Shown here one piece after another: positions 48,535 to 59,559 of a stretch of DNA of 64,000 nt (position 1 is the stretch's first letter; every line of letters starts with the position of its first letter). The notes under the pieces are model-generated. The model saw only the letters and a program-made list of their open reading frames with translations, did not search any database and was not told the DNA's origin. A program made the translations under genes and the position numbers. Origin of the DNA: Octopus sinensis (Eukaryota); assembly GCF_006345805.1 (NCBI RefSeq), contig NC_043023.1, positions 124,001-188,000 of the forward strand, read 5' to 3'.

Positions 48535-50397
48535 CAGTGCTGCCCAACGTCCGGATCCGGCCCACAAAGCCTTAGAATCCGGTCCGTTAGTTGGTCTTTA
48601 ATTTATGGGTATCTGCAATGCAAATTACAAAAATTGTATTCGTAGATCACAAAAAATCACATTAAAGTATCCTCTTTATGTCGAGGACGTGTGCTACACG
48701 CAGGCCTTCTCCATAAGTCATTATGAGACGTGATTTATCTGCGACAAAGATAGTTTTAAGCATGCTGAGTCAACTGCTGACCGTGCTGTGGATGAATACC
48801 GATTTTCGGTGACTGAAAACTGTAAAGTCAAGCCAGCAGCCAATCACGACATCGTTCAATCGAAATCACCACCTAAGAATCTCGTTAGATTTTGTGCTGT
48901 GGATGAATGAATAATTCTATAAAACTGGCATTTGAGATGATTTAATTTCAAATTTACTCATGCACAACTTTTGATACGGAAACCTTCTTATACCGATGAG
49001 CAAATTACAGTTGTTTCTTTTTCACAATAAATTTCAAATTTTGTTCATCCATGGCGTCGGCTAGAAAGATCAGAAAAGTAGACAAGGAGAATTGCAGGTT
49101 TAACGAGGCATGGACAAATTTATATTTCTTTGTGGAATCAAATGCAAAATGTCTCTGTCTGATCTGTGGTGAAACAGTCGCAGTTCCAAAAGTTGAAAAT
49201 GTGAAACGGCATTACACATTAAAGCACGCTTCGGCCCATAATCGTTATGAAGGAGATCAAGTACTTTTACTTCAAAGATTCGCAACAGAATATTTTTCGG
49301 AAAATAGATGATGGATCGAAAAAATACGCCAAAGTAAGTTTCGTCATTGCTGAAAAGATTGTATCATCTCGGTGCGATTGAAATTCTGTGCCCAGAGAAA
49401 GAGGAAGCTATAGAATGTGTTAGCTTGTTGCGTAATACAATAACCCGAAGGATTGAAGAACTGGCCGAAAATACGAAAATGCAGTTGAACGAACTTTGTA
49501 AAAACTTCGAAACTTACAGCATTGCCATCGACGAATCTACTGACATGACTGATACGCCACAACTGGCGATTTTCGTGCGAGGTGTTGATTCAAGCTTTAA
49601 TATCACTGAAGAATTACTTGCTCTATGCCCCATGAAAGAAAATTGCACAGGTGCTGCTGTTTTCAAAGAAATTGATATTGCACTCGAAAAGGTGGGACTG
49701 ACTTACGATCGCCTGGTGGGAATTGCTACCGATGGTACACCAGCGATGATCGGCAAGGAACAAGGCTTGCGTGGTTTCATCCCAAGAAAACTGGAATCCC
49801 TGAATGTGAGTAAAGACCAAATATTGTGGTACCATTGCATTATACATCAGGAATCACTTTGCTCCAAAATCATTAAGTTTGATCAGGTCATGGATAATGT
49901 CGTGAAAGCTGTCAACTTCATTCAGAGTTACGCGTTAAATCATCGACAGTTTCGAAATTTTCTCGATGAGATAAACGCCGAATTGTTTTATTATTGAAAT
50001 ACAAACCATTTATTTGAACAAATGTTTTTTTTTAATCTTGATCAATTGTTAAATTCAATTTATAGGATGTAAGGTTTTAAATTAACATTTTTAATGGTCA
50101 TTTCGTATTCATGTAATATCTGGAGACTATAATTTTTTGATAGCAGTGAAGAAGTAATAGAAATAGTATCATATGTAGGACCCCTATGTTTAAATTGAGT
50201 TATGAATTATAATTGTATAATGGATAATTTCTATAAATAGAATAATAGAATGAATGTTTTCAGTTCTGAATACTTTTTCAAACTATTTCAAATAGTTGTA
50301 TTAAAAAATGAAAGGCTAGAAATGTGAGTCCGGCCCACTAGTATCGTTTTTTTTTTCTTAAATCCGGCCCATGTTCGGAAAAGGTTGGGCAGCACTG
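48535..50397 (+). mobile_element. hAT (Charlie/SPIN-like) DNA transposon, internally deleted, 1863 bp, inserted in a minus-strand SINE A
   Basis: Perfect 14-bp TIR CAGTGCTGCCCAAC / GTTGGGCAGCACTG; perfect 8-bp TSD TTCTACAC (48527-48534, 50398-50405); subterminal CCGGCCC motifs. Confidence 0.96.
49051..49997 (+). pseudogene. hAT transposase, N-terminal half (BED finger plus first catalytic Asp region), truncated
   Basis: CLICGE..NVKRHY..KH; SIAIDESTD..QLAIFVR; EELLAL; IATDGTPAM; HCIIHQE..C; stops after DEINAE and lacks the C-terminal Glu and dimerisation domain. Confidence 0.9.
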
Positions 50398-50493
50398 TTC
50401 TACACAGTGGGACTAAACCAGTTTCATATAGTTGGGAAGCAACTATATACATTATCTGATGCGTCCTTTTGTCTTTCAAGTAGTATTGTGAGC

Positions 50494-52033
50494 GCTTTGA
50501 GACTTCCTATGATTCTCTGTTGTCGGTGTGCGCATGTGCCATAGTGTTGTGCACTGAAGAAGTTGGCCAGTTGTGTTTGGCTGCCAAAAGAAGCTGCTGC
50601 AAGGAGAGTTCTTGCTACATGAAGACACGTTTTTCGTGAAGTATTGGAATTTGAGGCTCAACTACAGGTAGGTGTTTGTTGTGTTTTTTTGAGGGCTTAA
50701 TGAAGTTTGTTGCCCTGTATTCAATATTTTTTTGTTGAGCAACAGTCTCCACTCTGCTCCAGACATTTGTCTGGTGTTGTCGTGTGTAAAGACTCATTTT
50801 GCAGTGAGAATTGTGATTTTTGAGGAGGCGTAGCCCCTCCGCAAAAATTAATTTGTTTGCTTGTGTTTTCCACTGGATTTACCACGGAGTACCAAGGCAG
50901 AAAGAACCAATTGTGCTGCGACTGGAGTACCCTGTTTCGTTAGGATTACCAGAGTTGCAGAACTGTGTTGCCATTGATTGAACTGTCTTCCTTCGTTCTT
51001 TTCTCTGCTCTGTCTTTCTGTTCTTTCTTTGTGTTTTTTTATTGGACTTTTATTTAGAACTTTGAACTTTTGTTTGAACTCTTTTTCTCTTTTTTTTTTA
51101 CATTTAAAATCATGGCAACGAAAAAAACCACTGTGTTGGAGTGGGAAATTGTGCCCCCCCCCCCAAACAGGGGATAGTGGACAGAAAGGAGAGAATGATG
51201 GTGTTAAAGACGTACTCCAAGTCCCTTGACACCATCACTGTATTCTCGCAGGGCGAGATTGAAAAAGAGTTGGCAGAATACCTGCCAACTATTAAGAACA
51301 TTGCAAGGGTTGTCAAATTCGCAACAGTGTGGTGTCATAAAAGGAAAAAAGAAAAAGAAAAACGGGGCATTGCCGGTGACGGCATGTCCTGAAACCCCTT
51401 CGGTGGGACATGTGCCACCGGTGGTGGGGGGAATATAACCTCGCCAGTGGGATGTGTGCCACCGAGTGAAGGAGTTGAGGCCCCTCCCAGTGAAAGTGGT
51501 GAAGAATGTATGTTCTGCTACCTCAGTGGAGGGGCTATTGACAGTTTTGTCGAAAACCATATGGACAGTCGGATCCTGAGGGAACTGAATTGCATTGACA
51601 GCCCAGAGTGGCCTTCGCAGGTAGCTGCTCTGGTGCTGGAAAGAAAGCTGCGTAACAATATAATTGACTCGTGTAAAAACGAGAATTTCATAATTCTCTA
51701 TTGGAGCCCCAGATTTCGGTTGCAACAATGCCTGCAAGTTGCACAAGATTTACTGGAGGAAGAATTGTAAAGGTTTATTGCCTCTAATTTGATTTTTTTT
51801 AAATGTAATTTGTGGTCCAAAGAAATTGTATCTTAAATTGTAAGTGGGTCATTACCTCGGTACATGTATTTAAAAAAAACAAACAATGTTTGAGAGAAGC
51901 AGAGGGTCGGCTGGCGCCTTCTGCCTTCTCCCATCTTTATCATTTTGGATCATAATCATCCACCTCATTAATGTCTATGTCCAGCCTGCAAGCTACTCTT
52001 TGTAATGCCTTTATGGCGAATTTTTATGAAATA
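50494..52033 (+). mobile_element. Probable non-autonomous, ORF1-only L1/Tx1-like retroelement
   Basis: Flanked by a 16-bp direct repeat AAGTAGTA(T/A)..GTGAGC (50478-50493, 52034-52049; 1 mismatch); about 620-bp 5' leader; broken ORF from ATG 51112 to 51770; AATAAA at the 3' end. The class is inference. Confidence 0.45.
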
Positions 52034-52189
52034 AAGTAGTATAGTGAGCTTTAAGAGATATTCAACAGGAATTGTTATTGTAGAACACGTTCAATATATA
52101 TGTAAACGCATATCCACCATACTATAATAATAATTACAGAGATGTACTTGCATAGTGAGTGACTTGATCTGAGATGGTGTGCTGGAACG

Positions 52190-52351
52190 AAAACAATTGC
52201 AGCGTGGAAGGTGTTTATAAGCCATTTAAGAAACACACAAAAAACGTTAGATTCCTTTCAACATTTAAATTTTATTTGTTGAAGTGAATCTAACGGTTTA
52301 TGTGTGTTTCTTAAATGGCTTATAAACACCTTCCACGCTGCAATTGTTTTA
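52190..52351. repeat. 162-bp fold-back palindrome
   Basis: 74/75-bp arms with the outer 50 bp perfect; 13-nt loop. Confidence 0.95.
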
Positions 52352-53149
52352 TAATAATAATAATAATGATATAAATTTAATACTCTCTAACCCCCTTTTC
52401 CATCACTCCATGATTTGCTTCATGGAAATTCACTTCCTTTTTTACTTCTCAACTGTTTTTCGGCAAAAGACCACCAGAGAGACATCTTTTCATAAACCAT
52501 GTGGCTTTGCATCCAAAGATATATGCTTCCCTTAATTCATCTCTTCTCCGCTGTTTGTCGACAAAAGACCACTATAAGTTATTTTTCATTCACCACGTGG
52601 ATTGCTGCACTCTAATGAAACTTTATTCACCTTTTTTCTTTATTTCCTTCCTTCTCTGCTCCTTCTTGACAAAGGACCTATAGTGTTCGAAATGTTGAAC
52701 TTTAACTCTGCTACAGCGTAAAAATTAATTACTTTGTACTCTTACACTTGTTTGTTTTTACCGCTTTTCTTCCCCTATGATCATTTCGTTATATATTCCG
52801 CTGTGGCCATTTATCACTTCTATCACTAAAGTCTCTTTGTTTCACTTCGTTCTTTCTCTGGTGGCAGTTATTTAGTTTTAGTCTCTATGAGAGTTCAAGC
52901 AAACTATTAAATAATTATCTTCACCAACCTTCATCATATTCACATTATCTTGTTTTTTTTTTCTTCTTTATTTTCTCTTGTCTTTTATTGCCTTCTGTCT
53001 TCTGTATACTCATATCTTCTATTTCTGCCCCCTCACATTTTTCTTCTTTTTCATCTTCTCATCTTCACCGTCTTTCCCTATTCTCCATCTTTGTCTTGTA
53101 GCTTCTACCGCCTTTTTCATTTGCATTCCTGATACTCCATTTTCTAATT

Positions 53150-54557
53150 TCACACACACACACACACATATATAGTGTGTGTATGGTATGTTTTTGTGTG
53201 TGCATATAAATATATGTCTACATATATATGAATGTATATCTATCTATATGTATGTGTGTGTATACATGCATACATAAACACACACACACATGTATACGCA
53301 AGTATATGCATACATTCATGTGGGGTTTTTTTTTTTTTTTCTCTTATGCAACGTGGTTCTTTCATCTCTGTCGTGCATGCAAAAACAAACAACTATATAC
53401 ATACATATACACGCACACAAACAAACAAACAAACAAACTGCCAACCATCCACATATCTTTCGTAGACAGGTAACGACAAAAATAATAAAAGCACACCAGC
53501 AAAATGGCAGCCCTCTGTCGTCTGCTTCAGTCAGTCAGGGGCGTCGAGGACGCTTTAGAAAGATCTATAAACAAAGTTATCGTTTTCTCAGGAAAACATT
53601 AAAGGAATTAATCGCTTCAAATGATACAATGTTCCTGTTATTATTGTTATTCTTTCTCTTGTTGTTGCTGCTGTTGTTAATTATAGTTGGTGCGTATTAC
53701 ATTCATTGCCAGGATTATTATTATTATTATTATTATTATTAGTGTTACTGTTGCTATCGTTTTTTGATGTTGCTGTTAGTGTTGTTGTTTTTGACAATGA
53801 GTGTACATGTATGCATATAACTATATGACAGATCAAATACATACACACACTTTCATACATACATGCACACACACACACATACATATGCATCTGTGTGAGT
53901 ATCTATATACATTTATATGAATGTGTGTGTGTATGTATATATATATGAGAGAGAGAGGGGGGGGCAGATATACAAATGCATGCGTGTGTGTGTGTGAACA
54001 TGCATGTACATACATATGTATTTATGCATGCATATATTATATACATATATATATGTATATATATACATATATATATGTTTGTATAAACACACACGCATAT
54101 ACGTATATTCATATGTGTATGCATGTATGAATGTATGTGTATATACATACATGCACACACACACATATATATATTCAAACATACATATGCGCACATATAA
54201 ATACAAAACACTGTTTGCATATGAATATAGATATCTGGCTATTCATTTAAGTATATTTACCAACACACCAACATTCATATATAGATATGTATATTAATAT
54301 GCACATACACACACACACGCATATATATATATATATATATACATACATACAGGTACACATATATATATATATATATACGTACATACAGGTACACATATAT
54401 ATATATATATATACATACATACAGGTACACACATATATATATATATATATACATACATACAGGTACACACATATATATATATATATATAATATATATATA
54501 TACATACATACAGGTACACACACACATATATATATATATACATACATACATACAGGT

Positions 54558-54596
<39 letters not shown>

Positions 54597-54959
54597 CATA
54601 CATACAGGTATACACATATATATATATATACACACACACACAAAGATATATATATATATATATATGCACACATATATATCTATATGTATATATGTATGTA
54701 TATATATATATACATGTGTATATATGTATGTGTGTATATCTATATGTATATATGTATGTATATATATATATACATGTGTATATATGTATGTGTGTATATC
54801 TATATGTATATATGTGTGTATATCTATATGTATATATGTATGTGTGTATATCTATATGTATATATGTATGTGTGTATATCTATATGTATATATGTATGTG
54901 TGTATATCTATATGTATATATGTATGTATATATATATATACATGTGTATATATGTATGT

Positions 54960-54994
<35 letters not shown>

Positions 54995-55012
54995 CTCACA
55001 CACATTTATATG

Positions 55013-55049
<37 letters not shown>

Positions 55050-55080
55050 ATATATATATATACTCACGCACATGTATATA

Positions 55081-55114
<34 letters not shown>

Positions 55115-55378
55115 CTCACACACATGTATATATGTGTGTATATATGTATGTGTGTGTATATATATATATGTATATATATATATATACTCACACACATGTA
55201 TATATGTGTGTATATATGTATGTGTGTGTATATATATATATGTATATATATATATATACTCACACACATGTATATATGTATGTATATATGCATGTGTATA
55301 TATATATATATATATATACATACACAAATACATTTATATATGTATGTGTGTATATAAATATACATATGTATAGATACA

Positions 55379-55430
<52 letters not shown>

Positions 55431-55450
55431 TATATATACACACACATACA
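53150..55450. repeat. Large compound (TA)/(TG)/(CA) microsatellite field with derived minisatellite units
   Basis: Direct inspection; source of most spurious ORFs at 53228-55738. Confidence 0.95.
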
Positions 55451-56190
55451 CATATTTATCCTCACAGTTATATACACACACAAAAGTCCTTACATATACA
55501 GCAATACTTGTATACACCCAGAAACAGAAAGAAGTACAAGAGAAAAAAACAAACAAAATTAGACACATACATATACACGCATACATCACCAAATGCTCTC
55601 TCCACCCTACATGCCAATATTGAAATTCACATCATCAATAGCACCAACAATAGTTTTATCTGCCCCACCCTACCATCCACCCTCGTCTACCCCCTTTTAA
55701 AACATGAAAACTCAAGGGAAAGAGCAAAAAGAAAATGACAAATCTGGCAGTAAATGAGAATTGTTATTTTTTATTTATTTCTTTAAAATTTTTTAAATTA
55801 AGAAATAAAAAAGCATTACTAATTAATTCACTGTCATCTATAGCAATCGAATCAACTCAATGGATTTGACAGAGATTTAAAGACAGTTATCGAGATTTCA
55901 TCGCAATCCGATTGGAACGTGAATTCGATGAAGGCCGAAAGAATTAACAGACAACATTTGTAATAAAGGAACTAAATTTAAATTTTCACTTTTTCTAAGT
56001 CTGCCTTCCATTTTATCTTTTAGCGTGTATCTCCATGTTTCTGTTTGCGTATGATGTATGGGAGTATAGTTGAGTATTTTAAGTATGTGTGTATATGTAC
56101 ATATATATATATATTATGCACGCAAAGAGCTATATGTATAATATATTCATACTTTTACATATATATGTAAATATGTATATATATATATAT

Positions 56191-56225
<35 letters not shown>

Positions 56226-56256
56226 ATGTATTCATGTATTTTCATATATATATGCA

Positions 56257-56423
56257 TAGGAGTGGCTGTGTGGTAAGTAACTTGCTTACCAACCACATGG
56301 TTCCGGGTTCAGTCCCACTGTGTGGTACCTTGGGCAAGTGTCTTCTATTATAACCTCGGGCCAACCAAAGCCTTGTGAGTGGATTTAGTAGATGGAAACT
56401 GAAAAAAGCCTGTCATATGTATG

Positions 56424-56455
<32 letters not shown>

Positions 56456-56678
56456 AATATGTATGTTTGTGTGTCTGTGTTTGTCCCCCCAACATCACTT
56501 GACAACCGATGCTGGTGTGTCTCCGTCCCCATAACTTAGCGGTTCGGCAAAAGAGACCAATAGAATAAGTACTAGGCTTACAAAGAATAAGTCCTGGGGT
56601 TGATTTGCTCAAATAAAGGTGGTGCTCCAGCATGGCCACAGTCAAATGACTGAAACAAATAAAGGAGTAAAGAGTAAA
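56257..56678 (+). mobile_element. SINE family A, full length
   Basis: Intact head and tail. Confidence 0.92.
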
Positions 56679-56864
56679 AGAGATATGTGTATGTACACAC
56701 ATATATATATATGAAAATGCATTAATACATTATATATATATATATATAATGTATTCACGTATTATCATATATATGCATATGTACACACACACACACATAT
56801 ATATATGTGTGTGTGTGTGTATAGATAGATAGATGTGCATGTATGTACATATGTACACATTATA

Positions 56865-56964
56865 NNNNNNNNNNNNNNNNNNNNNNNNNNNNNNNNNNNN
56901 NNNNNNNNNNNNNNNNNNNNNNNNNNNNNNNNNNNNNNNNNNNNNNNNNNNNNNNNNNNNNNNN
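56865..56964. other. Assembly gap (100 N)
   Basis: Run of exactly 100 N, suggesting a placeholder gap of unknown true size. Confidence 1.
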
Positions 56965-57096
56965 AATACTGAAACTTTAAGTCAGGACATCCATCCATTA
57001 TGCTAGAAGATCCGCTATGGTCTTATATGCTACACCACTGGTTTTAAATTCATATTAATCAAATTAATATTGAATTTTTCACTATTATTATCTTAA

Positions 57097-57155
<59 letters not shown>

Positions 57156-57267
57156 ATTTCGGAATGGTCATTTTGCCAGTTTAGCCAATAAAAACACACA
57201 CACTATATATTTGGTGTTACTTTGCTTCAGTGTTATTTATTTTTTACATTAATCTTAATCTTATTTC

Positions 57268-57312
57268 GGCCAGAGTTCTTTCGTCACACTCCTGTGACCG
57301 CATCAGTGGTCC
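57268..57312 (-). ncRNA. Minimal type I hammerhead-ribozyme-like motif, variant core
   Basis: GGACCA-CUGAUGC-G-GUCACA(GGAG)UGUGAC-GAAA-G(AA)C-UC-UGGCC; A9 is not canonical. Confidence 0.4.
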
Positions 57313-57562
57313 TTTGTTTTCTTCTTTCTTATTTGTATCTCTCCTTACTAACCATCAGCCATTTTGTATTCCTATTCTATGTGTCTTCATTTGCGCATGC
57401 TTATATCTCTATGTGCATCTATGTTTAGTTAGTTCGTGTGGGGGGGGGGATGCCTGTAATATTTGTATCTTCTGTTTATATATGTTCGTGTAATTTGTTT
57501 TTATTTATTCTTATTTTGTTCATGTGTTTACATCCACTTATTATTATTATTATTATTATATT

Positions 57563-57597
<35 letters not shown>

Positions 57598-57909
57598 CAT
57601 CATTATCATTATTATTACGTATGCTTGTATGTATGTATAACAACAATACTAGTAATAATAATAATAATAATAATAAAAAAATTAAATTTAAGAAAATAAA
57701 AATATATTTAAAAAAAATATATATATGAAAAAAATTTTTAATTAAAAAAAACCTATGTAGTTATTTACTTCCATTTGTTTCTTTATCAGTGTATTTTATT
57801 TTATTATGTTTTCAGTTTTGTTTATATTGTAACCAGTTTATGGGGATCCTCTTCTGTCATATGTTGTGGTGTGTGCTAGTGTTCCATTCCAGTTTTCCTA
57901 TTCAGGCAT

Positions 57910-58145
57910 ATAATAATATGCAGTTTAATGCTGAAAAATTCCAGGCCCTGCGCTACCAGCATCCAAAACTGAATATTAAACTTACAGGATACACCGATCC
58001 ACAGGGAATTTCAATCCCAGAGCCTAAGTGTGTGAGGGACCTGGGTATCGATATGAGTGAGGATACCTCTTTCCAAGTGCACATTACCAGGATGGCAACA
58101 AAGTGCAGATGACTGCCTTGATGGATCCTAAGAACATTCAGAACC
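57910..58145 (+). mobile_element. CR1-clade LINE RT C-terminal fragment (subfamily related to 14025-17045)
   Basis: NNMQFNAEKFQALRY..VRDLGIDMSED..WILRTFRT aligns with the same stretch of the large CR1. Confidence 0.85.
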
Positions 58146-58232
58146 AGCCATCTGATTCACCAGTCCTCAGTCAAATCGTCCAACCCATGCCAGCATGGAA
58201 AGTGGACGTTAAATGATGATGATGATGATGAT
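58146..58232 (+). mobile_element. RTE 3' terminus with (GAT)n tail
   Basis: caccagtcctcagtcaaatcgtccaaccc..gcatggaaagtggacgttaaatgatgatg matches the RTE end at 42950-43030. Confidence 0.85.
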
Positions 58233-58238
58233 ATATAT

Positions 58239-58274
<36 letters not shown>

Positions 58275-58729
58275 TATTCATATATATATATATACCTCCA
58301 GTGTGCTGGAGAATTTCTATTTTGGATAGTTTTGGGTTACTTAATTGTACTCATGACTTAGTGTTTGCTTCTTCCATGGGTATAAGTAAGTATTTCATTT
58401 ATTTCTTTGCTGCATTTATCACTGACAAAGAGGTTCTTATGAATTAACTCTGAAATCAAGTCCGATATGATAATAACGGAATTTTTTAGAAATTTCTGTC
58501 GGCTTTCTTCGAGACGCGTGCTTATAGTGATGAATTATATGGTTATTGATGATGTGTCTATTTTCAGCATATTTGGTATTAGAAATTTTTCTCTTTCGCA
58601 CTCGTTTATAAGTTGTTTATAAAATTAACTTTTAAAGGTATTTTTTAATATGCTGGCCAGTGATAGAATTTTTTTCAAAAGTTTTGTCCTATATTAGATA
58701 TAATATATATATATCATCATCATCATCAT

Positions 58730-58764
<35 letters not shown>

Positions 58765-58789
58765 GTATTTAGCTATCTCTGATTGTATC

Positions 58790-59000
58790 TTGGTGTCTGT
58801 GTTTGTCCCCACCACAACTTAACAACTAGTGTTGGTGTGTTTATGTTCCTATGACTTAGCAGTCCTGCAAAAAAGACTGATAGAATAAATATCAAAGCTT
58901 AAGAAGAAAGTAAATACTGGATTGATTAGTTTGACTAAAATTCCTCAGCTTGGTCCCCAGCTGGGTCACAGTCTAATGATTGAAACAAGTAAAAAGTAAA
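58790..59000 (+). mobile_element. SINE family A, 3' half
   Basis: gtgtttgtcccc...cagtctaatgattgaaacaagtaaaaag. Confidence 0.75.
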
Positions 59001-59559
59001 AAATTGTTGAAACTAACATAAAGTTATACAGGATAGGCATGACTAATGCAGTTTGTTGGATAACAAATTTTGCCTTTGTAGTTGAAATTTTTGTGCCTAA
59101 TTCAAAAAAAAAAATCATTTATGAATAATATGAAAATTTCATTAAAAAAGGGACAGGAGTCTAAACCCCACCTTTAAACACTAAACACTAACCATAAACC
59201 TTAACCCATAACTGTTAGCCCTCACACTAAAACTTGTTTAAATATTTAATTTGATAACCAAGAATGCAACACACACACACACACCACACACATTATTTTA
59301 TAACTGACTTAAATAAATGAGCTAATGAAACCAAACACTATATTTTTTCAATCATAATCTGATATTTTGGCATGAAAATGCCTTTCTCAAACTTCAAAAG
59401 AAACAGAATTCAATAATGACAAAACTCTCAGCTTAATATTTTCTTAACCATTGCATTTGTAAGATTAAATCTGTGAACTTAATGGGACATAACCATCAAC
59501 GCCTCTTACATATATTTTTTTCCCATTAAATATTTAATAAATTATGTTGTTTGACGAGT

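Noticed and set aside
55940-55965. CGATGAAGGCCGAAAG as a hammerhead
   Set aside because: No real stem II or stem I pairing.
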